A DNA stretch of 64,000 bases, taken from Eledone cirrhosa (Eukaryota). Position numbers and translations under genes: made by a program. The notes beneath the pieces were generated by a model, which ran no database searches, was not told where the DNA came from, and saw only the letters and a program-made list of their open reading frames with translations. Positions 52,570 to 64,000 of the stretch are shown here, piece by piece (the stretch's first letter is position 1; every line of letters begins with the position of its first letter). The stretch is from contig OZ024740.1 of assembly GCA_964016885.1 (NCBI GenBank), positions 100,936,001-101,000,000 on the forward strand. The letters run 5' to 3'.

Positions 52570-53560
52570 ACAGCAATATGAGAGGTCTATAACATATTTT
52601 CCTCTGGCTTTGAAGCCTGAGTTATATACCCACTGCTCCATTCTCCTATTAAGCATTTCTGTCATCTTTTCCTTTACACACCTTTTTTTAGATAATTTAT
52701 TAAATTTACATATCAAATGTACAATCCATTCTCTAATTTTGCTACATATTCTACTTAATAGTGGTTTTGTCTGTATAGGAATTATATCTATTTTGCTTTC
52801 AATCCCAAGCTTTAGTTATGGATCTATAACAATGATTTATCCATTTTCATATATTTATCTATCACCTGAATGTTTTTCTTCTTCTTAAATTTGGATTTGA
52901 ATTCTCCTAGTTTCTTTACCTAAACTAACCTTCTCGTCGTTATTTCCTTTTAAGAGTATTCCACTACACTTTTAAAGAGATATGACTTATATACTAATGG
53001 CTCATTTTTAACATTAAGCTTCATTTAAGTGTTTGATTTAAGCCCTAATTTTAACCTGATGAAGTATTCCTTTTTAAAAATGTTCTTTCATGTAAGTTTA
53101 GTAGCTATATCATAGCTAAGTATTTATAGCTTTCTGCATCTCCTTCTTTTATGATTTCCTTATGTTAATTCATTTCCATTACTTGAGATACCGTTACTCT
53201 TTTTGATATTATAACTCCATTCTTTTTAATACCAAATTCCATCTTAATATCTTCCCTAAATCCATATAATGTTTGTACTAAAGAATCTATTTGATCTTCA
53301 TTCTTTACTAAAAGTTTCAAGCCATACATAAAAAGAAGGTGATTTACTTTATACTGGCCCCTTTAATAATACACCTATCCCTTATGTTTCTTTGTAGCAG
53401 TGTTAAAATATCATGCATCACAGACAATTCAGATGAAATTAGCGATAACATTAGTATATGGGTTCATGTACACCTTTATTCTTAACGTGAAAGAATTCCT
53501 CCAGTGATCAAAAATACTTCACAAGAATTGTTTAACTTTTGTTTTATTTATTCAAATTTC
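52570..53560 (-). pseudogene. Decayed R4/Dong-type non-LTR RT fragment
   Basis: Minus strand KVNHLLFMYGLKLLVKNEDQIDSLVQTLYGFREDIKMEFGIKK resembles the R4-clade HLLYMDDLKL...DI.MEFG..K motif, followed by SYKYL. Confidence 0.65.
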
Positions 53561-53962
53561 ATATATTCCCTGCTACCCTTACTACTTTTAATTCTATAAT
53601 CGAGGAATTAGGAATACTGTCATAAGCCACTCTATAATCGATATATGCTATTGCAAGATTTGTATGTCACTTCCGGCAAATCTAGAATATCAATTTACCT
53701 ATCAGTAATTGATCTTTACTGCCAGTGCTCTTTCTTCAGTATCGTGTCTGCTCTAATGGTTATATATATATATATATATATATATAAATATAGTTACGTA
53801 TGTATACATATATATATGTTTGCGTATATATAAATATATACATCTAACTATAGAAATCATGCCAAAAATGGAATATATGAGCATGGTAGGGCTCTTCACC
53901 CTATTTTCTCTTGGACAGTGATGATCCATCCTACCCATGCCTACATGGAATACAGATGATAC

Positions 53963-54063
<101 letters not shown>

Positions 54064-54592
54064 ATAATAATTAAATGTGGAAAGGGAGCACACGAGTTAG
54101 GATATATATATATATATATATATATATGAAAACAGGGAGAAAGAGACGATTATGAGGAAGAAAACATATTTGTTTCCTTTTTTGTTTCTCTCTTTTTTCT
54201 GGGTTAGAAAATGATTAAAAAGAAATGTTTTACTTTGTGTGAAGTGTTAAGGTATTAGTTGATTTATTAATTATTTAACAATGGCATTTATTTATCTATT
54301 TATATATTTAATTATTGTCTATTACCAGTTTCAGCATTTATATGCATTATCAAATGATAGTGAAATGTATTAGTGTGGTGTCGCACATGTTAAACAGAAG
54401 AATAATGTTATTTACAAACAAGGTTTAAGAAGTGAAAAGAAAAAAGAAAAAGGAAAAAAAACGTGCATTACTAAAAAGAGACCCAAGAATGAACAATATC
54501 CTCCAAACACACAACATCATAAAGAGAAAAAGACAACCCAAATCCATAAAAAAAACATCCTGAAACAAGTCAAAATCTAACAAACCCTCACA

Positions 54593-55024
54593 ATGAACCC
54601 TACAGTAACAAAACGCGGAAGGCCCAACTGTGGCATATGCATAAATCTAATAGAGGGTTCAACATTCCATTTTAAACAAGGACAACGTTTCACAGTTAAA
54701 CACAACTTTACATGTGCATCGGAAAACCTTATCTATGTTTTGACCTGTTCAGGTTGTCAAGAGCACTACATAGGACAGACAAAAAACAGCCTCCGTCAAC
54801 GTATGACCGTCCATACATCACAAATTAAAATACAGGAATATAGAAAGATTGCATTTAGTGAACATATCGCCAATTGTGCCCTCAACCAACATCCAAACTT
54901 TAAAATTTCTACCATTTACAAATTCATAGACAACGCTACTTTCATCCAACGTACCAATAAGGAAACACATTTCATTAATAAATTTCAACCACTACTCAAT
55001 GCTCTAAAAATCGGTCCAATCTAA
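54593..55024 (+). pseudogene. GIY-YIG endonuclease of a Penelope-like element
   Basis: NLIYVLTCSGCQEHYIGQTKNSLRQRMTVH...KETHFINKFQPLLN. Confidence 0.85.
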
Positions 55025-55436
55025 AACTGCAACAAACCATCAAACATTTACAAGAGTTACCTCCCTCACACCCTACCTAATCCTTTTTCTTAAATAAATT
55101 AAATATCACCCAGCAAGAATTGCTTCCCCTACATATTAACTCTCTAAAAAGGGAAATCATATCAAACCTCAGTCCACCATTTGTCTCCATCACGGAACCA
55201 TGGTTCAACTAAGCACTCTTGCGATATTAACACATTTTGATCTGCTTAACTTCAATGACTGTGCTTGTAAATAACATTATTTTTTCTTCCACATTGACTG
55301 TTTACGTTCCACATTATGCACGTTTTTTTCCTTTTTCTTTTTTCTTTTCAATTCTTAAACCTTGTTCGTAAATAACATTATTCTTTCTGCACCTTCTGTT
55401 TTTACATGTGCGACACAACACTAATACATTTCACTA

Positions 55437-55475
55437 TTATTTGATAATGCATATAAATGCTGAAACCGGTAATAG
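55437..55475 (+). ncRNA. Minimal hammerhead ribozyme, U3-A8 core variant (mirror copy 54319-54357 on -)
   Basis: ttat-TTGATAA-t gcat ataa atgc t-GAAA-ccgg-TA-atag. Confidence 0.65.
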
Positions 55476-55823
55476 ACAATAATTAAATATATAAATAGAT
55501 AAATAAATGCCATTGTTAAATAATTAATAAATCAACCAATACCTTAACACTTCACACAAAGTAAAACATTTCGTTTTAATCATTTTCTAACCCAGAAAAA
55601 AGAGAGTGAGAAACAAAAAAGGAAAAAAAAAAATTTTTCTTCCTCATAATCGTCTCTTTCTCTGTTTTCATATATATATATATATATCGAGGGAGAGATA
55701 GAGAAAGAGACTTTTTAACATCTCTAGAGATAATTTATCTAATTTTCTAAGCTATTATCTATAGCACTCGATTATTGTGACAGCCACTTTCTGCATTGGA
55801 GATTGACACATTTTCACACACGC

Positions 55824-55868
<45 letters not shown>

Positions 55869-58235
55869 AAGTCTGAAGTCTGTCTCAAACCTGGAGGTGC
55901 ATTAGACCAGTACTTATCCTGGTTTCTTTGCAATGACTGAATGTACAATACTCCCTCCCGGACATGATGCCAATCCATTGCACCACTAAATCTCCAGACA
56001 CGACTGGTACTCATTTTCACCTGAGTGTACAGGAGCAATGTGAAAGAAAGTGTTTTGTGCAAGAACACAACACACAAGCCAGTCCAGGAATCTAAATCAT
56101 CACATTATGATTGTAAGTTCAACACTTTAACCACTAAGCTATTATAACTTTGTTAGCAAAAACATTATAAATGTAAAATTATTAGGTGTATTTCTTTAGT
56201 TTCAGTCATTCAAGTACAGGAAAGTAGTTGTACCTTGTGTAATTCATTCTGGTTGAGGTTTTCTGTTACCTAGCATATCATTTAATTAATTAAATATTCC
56301 CTAATGACAGGATGTCAGTTATTAGTATAATTTCATTTATTACTTGGTTTCACTGCATCACTAAGGACAACTGTGCATTGCTTACAAGCAGGGCTTTGTT
56401 TTGTTTGTATATTTTTTGTTTATCTATTGTATGGAGTTTAGTTTAGTCTCTCCAAATCTCACAGGTCCATCATACCAGTGCTTATTTCTATCTCATTGTT
56501 GTTAAGAAAATTATAGTAACACCCACCACACCAATCCTTTACAGGGCTAATTTCCAGCTCCTGCTTGTATTAAGCAATGTAAAATAAAAAGTAAAGACCA
56601 AAGACACAATGTGCCATCCAGTCTGGGATTGAACTCATGACCTTACAATCATTTGCTCAATACCCTAATCACTAATTACTCTATGTGATCTGTATGCAGC
56701 CTTGGAGTAACCATTCATGCTTAGAGCAACAAATAAAGAGGGACCACAGAGGTTTCTTCCCGTGTTAGATGTTGAATGGAGCATGGTACAGTGACGCAAC
56801 AGAACAAGTGCATATAAGAAGGGGTTCACATAATCTTTTCAGTGCGTAGAGCTTCTAAAGGTCATAAGCTGTCCTTATATGTGTGTTATGCTTAAGTTCT
56901 ATTTTCTGAGCAGTGTGTGAATTTGTATAAAATCTTGGATTTTATGAATTGCCTGCAAATTATTACTATTTTGTTATTGTTGTTTAATTTGCTGTTTAGC
57001 AAAGAGGGAAGGGCATTGCCCATGACCCTTTTCAGGGACTTAGAAACATACATACATATGTGTGTGTATGTTTGTGTGTATATGTATATATTCTTAATGT
57101 TGACTGTTTATTTGCAAACTAAAAAGAGAAGACAGAACATAAGTGGACTAAACCAACCAAGGGAATCGAACCGCATATCTGTAGTTTAATGGAGAACTGC
57201 ACCAACTGCTACACTAAGAGTCTTAAACAGCTCCTCACAGCCAAATTCCTCATGTCTAACTGGAAAAGTACAAATGTTTCCTTCCACTTGTATCTCACGA
57301 ACTTTACAGAATTTGAATTTCTTCATTTTATGTTTGTTTTTCTATGATGGCATGTGTTAATCTTTTTGTTACCATATTCTTAATGAAATTACACAGTATT
57401 TGAATTATTTAATGAAGATGGATTCACGCAAATTATTAATTATTTCCTTAAGATGGTTTTTTAACATAACTCAATAAAAGATAAAATACATGCTGGAAGG
57501 TTTTAATTTAAATTAGAATTCTTTAGAATATGAAGTTTTGTTAAATAAATCCAAAGGAGTTTTATAGTGGATTGGTATCAAAATGGTTAAACTATGAAAT
57601 AACTCATCCATCATTGTTGTTTAGTGTCTACTGTTAAATCCTCTTGAATAGAATCAAAAACATATACTACTGACGTTTCTAATCGTTGTCATTTCATTTT
57701 TATTGTAGTGCATGTAACATTTCTCTAAGAAATAGAACTTTTAAAACTGATACCTCCATTTTAAGAAAACTACTGAATTTGCTATGCCAGATGTGTCTAC
57801 TATTTTGAGCAGATTAGGAGAGAAACTAACATAGATTTCATTGATATTTTGAGCAGATTAAGAGACTACATAGATCTCATATTGGTTTCAAAACTAATCA
57901 GCTGTATTGTGTGATCTAAATCTCTACATCATGTCTATAATTCCACTATTCTATATCTTTCTTTAAATATATAATGTAAAGAAGTTTGGTGCAATAGTAG
58001 AAACAGTTGAAAACCAACCTAAGTATATTCCAGTATTGACATCAATCAATCTGATACCAGAGTTCAAATTCTACCAAGATCAGGGTTGTCTTTTTCCTTT
58101 TTCATTTAGGTAGGTTGTCATTGTTTTTAGCACCAAGTCAGTCACGATTGAATGTACACAGGAGCAAATTAAGTCTTTTTGAGATTCTAAACACTTATAA
58201 AATTAAGGGGCCATCCATATACAAAATCTGCAAAA

Positions 58236-58418
58236 TAATTGTTTCTACTTTTGGCACAAGACCAGCAATTACTGGTGCATTACTAGTACTTTATTTTATC
58301 GACCCCATAAGGATGAAAGGCAAAGTTAACCTTGGCAGGATTTGAACGCAGACTGTAAAGGGCCGTAGCTCTATGTTGCAAAGCATGGTGTCCAACTCTC
58401 TATTGATACAGCCAATCT
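58236..58418 (-). mobile_element. tRNA/Nin-like SINE with target-site duplication
   Basis: aatctgcaaaataat occurs at 58225-58239 and 58414-58428. Confidence 0.85.
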
Positions 58419-58605
58419 GCAAAATAATGTTTGAGGGATTCACTACTTGATTCATGGGGAGTTATTAACTACTTGATGCATGGGGAGCTGCAGAGTGGGT
58501 GTAGAGATATGTAAAATCCCAACTGCAGATATATATATATCCAAGTATTTGTTCTGTGAGTCATTAACTCTTTATATGCATACATATGTATGTACATACA
58601 TAAAT

Positions 58606-58970
58606 ACATGGTGGCTGCCAACTCATTTTCGTGTACGGCCACTACTTTATATCCATGTAGGAGAACCCCTACCGATGCGCTGAATGAGTGACTTTTTAGT
58701 CCAGCCAGTGACTTGAAAACTCTGGTAGAAAGACTACACTTGTGACAATTATTGACACATAGTGCTGGGCCCATGGTACCATGTGATGACAAGCGCAGAG
58801 AGATCTCCAGATATAAAGCAATGCCTGTGCCATGAAGCTTTTATGGTGAGCAAAGGCACTGCACAAAGCCAGTCCCACTCTCTTAACCAAGATGATATTT
58901 ACCAAAAAGAAGAACAAATCAACATCATTGGATACCATCAGAGTTGCAGGTGTTATATCAGAGTTTTCCT
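58606..58970 (-). repeat. Second copy of the 1231-1598 tail (no hammerhead)
   Basis: Long near-identity to 1231-1598 in reverse orientation. Confidence 0.85.
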
Positions 58971-59617
58971 TCTCCTAGAATTCTGCCTTGAAAAAGGCTA
59001 AGGGGTCATCTCTCCCGGTGATTTTGGATCGCCATTGACTCTTATGAGCTCCTTTGCACTTTGACAGGTTTTGTTTTTAGTCCTGCAGGATGTCCAAAGT
59101 CACCCTCCTCATCAAGAAACCTTGATGGGGTTGCCAGTTTAGTCGCCAATGACCCGACCATGAGACAGGTTGTAGTGGGATACATGTTACCAGTAGCACC
59201 AACATAAATACACACACACAAATATAATACGTATATGTGTGTGTATTTGTATTCACATTTATGTTTACTGGTGTTATTGCCTTTTATGTGAAAATTGCTA
59301 ACTTAGTTTTATTTTATAACATTAAAGTTAGTAAAATAAGTATTAGACAGAAATATTTACTAGGGCCAGTGTGCATAATTAAAACCCCTTAAAGTTTGAT
59401 GTTGAAAGCCAATAAGTATAAGCTGTATTTATGTTTAAAATGCAGAGGTCATGCTATGTGTCTTGACAGTGCCAATAAGGCTCTATTAGAAATTGTGGGA
59501 CCCAAGGAAAGATATATGATGCAATGTCTCATGAAGTTTGGCCCCATAACTAGGGAGGTGGGACACTGGATGGCACCGCCCTTTACTTTTCAACAGTGCA
59601 CTCTCAGATTTAGAAAA

Positions 59618-62475
59618 TCATCATCATCATCATCATCACCGTTTTACGTCCGTTCTTCCACGCTAGCATGGGTTAGACGGGTTGTCCTGTTGTGGGCAGT
59701 GTCTGGTCGGTTGACCATGTCTTGCTCATACAGGAACTAATTTGGCTTGATTTCTACAGCTGGATGCCCTTCCTAACACCAACCTCATTTACAGTGAGTG
59801 CTGGGTGCTTTTTCGTGGTGCCTACACGTCCACTTTACAGTGTGGGCTGGGTGCTTTTTTGCCGTGGCACCTCCACGACCACCTTGCAGTAGGAGGGTGT
59901 GGGGGCATATTGTCTATATGCCTCAGCTTGTACCCATGGGAGGTTGGGTACTCTGTATTACTGCGTGACGCCAGAGGTCACAGTCATGTGTCATCGCCTT
60001 GGAGAGGTGTAATTGGGTAAGGTCAGCTTTTATCACCTCATCCCAGGTCATCTTGGGTCTCCCCACTCCACAGTTTCTATCGACTTCTAGTGCTCTGCAC
60101 CTTTTCATGCAGCTGTCATCCTTCATACGCATCACATGTCCATACCAACACAACCGCCTCTCCTGCACACAACATTTGATTCCTCTTATGCTCAGTCTCT
60201 CTCTCAATTCATTTATGCTTTGTCGTTCGCGTATATTACTATTACATATCCATCGGAGCATGCAGGCTTCGTTTTTCTCTAATCTACGTAAGTCTTCCAC
60301 CTTCAGCGCCCAGGTCTCACTACCATGTAACATTGCTGTTTGGATACACGCATCATACAGTCTGCCTTTCATTTTGAGGGAGAAGCCTTTTGCAGCTAGC
60401 AGTGGTAGTAGTTCCCTGAACTTCATCCATTTCGTTCTTACCCTAGTTATTGTACTTTCTGAACACCCACCTCCACTGCTAATTCAGTCACCTAGGTAGC
60501 AGAAGCTGTCTACTGTCTCTACAGAGCCTTCCCAGAGATTGGTGGTACTTGTTTCCTGTGGCTGTTTGCTTCTTGCTGTCCCAGTACAGCTGCTGCATGT
60601 GAAGCCTATATTCTTAATTAAGCTTCCTGAGATCCCGCTACATCTCTTGTGTACCCATTGTTTGCATTTGGGGCAGAGAATGGAGTTCCTACCTACACCT
60701 TTCCTACATACTGAGCAAGGCCATTTCCCTGAGGGGATCTGGGTTCTGTTTTCTTGGCTACTTACAAGGAGCTTAGTCTTTGTCATGTTGACTTTGAGAC
60801 CCTTTCTTTCTAGTCCCTGATTCCAAGTTTGGAATTTCTTCTGTAGTTCTACCATAGATTCAGCTATAAGTGCGAGGTCATCAGCATACAGGAGTTCCCA
60901 TGGGCATCCGGTCTTAAACTCCTCTGTTATTGCCTGCAGGACTATGATGAACAAGAGAGGGCTAAGAACAGAGCCCTGGTGGACACCAAATCTACGCTTA
61001 ATTCCTCGCTATACTCATTGCTAATCCTAACTTTGCTGACTGCTCCCCTATACATAGCTTGTACAGCTTTCACAAGCCATTCATCTACTCCTAGTTTTCT
61101 AAGAGCCCACCAGATTACAGCACGTGGAACTCTGTCAAAGGTTTTCTCGAGATCGACGAATGCCAGGTAGAGTGGCTTACTTTTAGCTAGGTACTTTTCC
61201 TGTAACTGCCTCACTAGGAAGAGGGCATCAGTGGTGCCTTTTCCTGGTACAAACCCAAATTGCATCTCATCTAGTTTCACCCGGTCCCTGATCAACTGTG
61301 CTATAACTCTTTCTGTTACTTTCATGACCTGGTCCATCAACTTTATACCTCTATTGTTTCCTCTATCGAGTGCATCACCTTTACCTTTCTAGCAGTTGAC
61401 AATGATGCTACTGCACCAATCCTTTGGTATGACACCCTCTAGTATTACCTGGTTAACAATACGTGTGGTTATAGTGTGACCTACAGACCCAGATGCCTTC
61501 AGCATCTCGGCAGCTATACCCGATGGACCGGTTGCCTTCCCCATCTTCATATCTTTGTTTGCCTTACTTACTACGCTGCTGCTGACTTGTACTGCTGGCC
61601 CCTCTATAGGGTGTACTTGGGGTAGGGTCTCTTCTTCCCATGCATTCTCCTCATTTAGTAATCTATCATAATGGCTCTTCCATGCATCTTTCTTCTCAGC
61701 ACTTGTGAAGGCAGCTCACCTTTATCATTCCGGATACACTTCTCTCCAATGACATCACAATTCTCTCTGACACACTGCCTCGCAATCTTGAACACCTCCT
61801 GTTTCTGGTCCTCGCGTTGCAAAACATGCTTGAATTTTCTATCCTCTGCTTCCCTCCTAGCTAAGTATACTTGTCGCCTAGCTTGCCTCTTGGTCTCTAT
61901 GTAATGTACCCTGTTCCCCCCGTTCTTCCATTCTTTCCATGCCTGTCTCTTGGCCTTAACTGCCTCATCTACCTTATTGTTCCACCACCAAGTCACTCTC
62001 CTCCTGCTTGTGGTCTTACTCCAGCCACAGACCTCATCCGTCACCTCTAGTAAGTTATTTTTTAGGAACTCTCAGTGCTCTTCTACATTGAATGTCTGTA
62101 TCTATTCTTCTCTACTGTCGTAGGCGTTGAGTAAAATATCTTTAAATCTGTTACTGGCTGAGGAGTCTTTCAGCTTCCAGATCTTTCTTCTCCAGGTTGG
62201 CCTCTGTTTCCAGGTTCGTCTAGTTCTGACCGTGAGGTCGCTGACAACTAAGCTATGTTGGGAGGTACATTCCTCACTAGGGAAGGCTTTTGTGTTTACG
62301 ACCATCCATCTGTCACGTCCTCTGATGAGGATAAAATCTATCTGACTAGAATGCTCCCCTGATCTATAGGTGATCAGGTGGTTGTCGGGTTTTTTGAAGT
62401 TTGTGTTACATACCGACATGTCATTGGCGTCGCAGAATTCTAGAAGTCTGAATCCTTCTTCATTTCTTGTGCCAA
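59618..62475 (-). mobile_element. 5'-truncated RTE LINE (family B), disrupted
   Basis: ORF pieces 62102-62475 (APE: RNEEG, SQIDF), 61655-62044, 60942-61340 (QFGF, DLEKTFD), 60484-60954 (YADD, PHD-like finger) and 59923-60426. The ~300-nt 3' UTR ends in (GAT)n. Confidence 0.93.
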
Positions 62476-63419
62476 CAAGAAATAGAGTTATGAAAACAAT
62501 ATGTTCCTTGCAAAAGCGTATCCACCCACAATGCTCTGAAGTCTCCAAGACAGCTGAGAGGCTTACATGAAGAAATAAAACTCAGCTATTTTTCAGACAG
62601 TGGTGTGAGCTTAACAATAAATAAGTGATAATGGGACATATAGCAGCAGTAATATATTTTCATTGACATAACTCTATTCTCCATGGAAACATAGTGCTAC
62701 TATATGTAAAATATTATTACATCTGTTTGGAAAAATACAATGCATTTTATTGTGATTACTAACTATATGGTACAGTAATGATGCCATTTTTAACCACCAG
62801 TTGCAATTAGGTTTTGTGTTCTACTTGCATGTTTGATTGTATTCAATAGCTTCTCACTTCCTTCATACATACATAAAACCATTTTCTTGACTACGTAAAA
62901 AAAAAAGAAACATTACTGAAGAAAATTTCTTTGTTATTGGTGTGAGTTAGAAATAAACAAGAAAATGAAAGATGAGGTAGAGTGGTATGTTTTAGGTAAA
63001 CAAACAACTTCTTAGTTCACACAACCACCAGGACCATCATTAAGTCATCTTTTGTCTATATCTGTTCATCTATTCATGTGCACTGGGACATGACTGTGTG
63101 TTTCAAAACTTTGCTTCACTGTTAGATAACATTGTGTTCAAACCTGCTACAGCCCCTTGAATAAATGTCTTTTAGCACACAGAAAACAGTAGAGTGATAA
63201 AGATTGTGATAAGAAATGATTAAACATTGACAGATGAGTGTGAGAAATAGACGAAACTTCAGAATAACAAGATTGATTATTTAGCCTTAATAAAATTAAT
63301 ATTTAAACTCTGCTTCAATATTAAGTACACTTTTCTCTGGACCATCAATGGTATATGGATATATACATACATACACACACACACACACATATATACATAC
63401 ATACATATATATTATAATT

Positions 63420-63827
63420 GAACTTGCAATCGAAAGGTTGTAAGTTCAATTCTCGAACTGGGTGATGTGTTGTTTCCTTGAGCAAGAAACTCTATTTCAC
63501 ATTGCTCCAGTTTACTCAGCTGTAGAAATGAGATGATAGGACTGGGGTCCCTATCATTACATTGCAAAGTGGTTGTGGAGGTGACATGCAAAAAAGCACC
63601 CAGCCCACACTGTAAAGTGGACGGGTAGGTGCCACTGAAAAAAAGCACCCAGCACACACTCTAAATGAGGTTGGTGTTAGGAAGGGCATCCAGCTGTAGA
63701 AATCAAGCCAGAATCAGCTCCCATATAAGCAAGACAAGGTCAGCCGACCGGACACTGCCCGCAACAGGACAACCCGTCTAACCCATGCTAGCATGGAAGA
63801 ACGGACGTAAAACGGTGATGATGATGA

Positions 63828-63830
<3 letters not shown>
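63420..63830 (+). mobile_element. tRNA-derived SINE with RTE family-B tail
   Basis: Head and core as at 32084. The tail ggacactgcccgcaacaggacaacccgtctaacccatgctagc matches 59618-59730 (-). Confidence 0.85.
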
Positions 63831-63901
<71 letters not shown>

Positions 63902-64000
63902 GTATATGCATATATATATATATATATACATATATGCATATATATACATATATGTATATATATGCATACATATATATATATTTATATATATTGTTATACT

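Larger units (their letters stand above)
54127..55670 (+). mobile_element. Penelope-like (Neptune-type linker) GIY-YIG fragment between ~345-bp inverted pLTR arms, in (TA)n
   Basis: Left arm about 54127-54470 is the reverse complement of about 55315-55670. ORF 54593-55024 has RPNCGIC and LIY...CSGC..HYIGQT...RMTVH...E...LN. Confidence 0.88.

Overview
AT-rich, microsatellite-dense animal genomic DNA with no host protein-coding gene that I can support. The SINE families and (TA)n/(GAT)n landscape suggest a coleoid cephalopod such as Octopus, which is an inference. The window is mostly mobile-element remains. There are at least four RTE-clade LINE families, including one near-full-length but disrupted copy at about 10.3-13.56 kb and a 5'-truncated copy at about 59.6-62.5 kb. 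Three of these families carry a C4HC3 PHD-like finger inside the RT region. There are also tRNA-derived SINEs, piggyBac-type MITEs, decayed pogo-type and R4/Dong-type fragments, and at least five Penelope-like (GIY-YIG) remnants. The main hidden signal is RNA structure. By eye I find about a dozen minimal type-I hammerhead ribozyme motifs (counting both arms of palindromes) in small islands lodged in (TA)n tracts. Many are in fold-back configuration, and three unrelated families carry the compensatory U3-A8 core (UUGANAA) instead of C3-G8 (CUGANGA). Hammerheads in Penelope pLTRs are established. Their density, the U3-A8 and stem-II variants, and the fold-back geometry here deserve follow-up. 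All calls are by manual reading and no searches were run.
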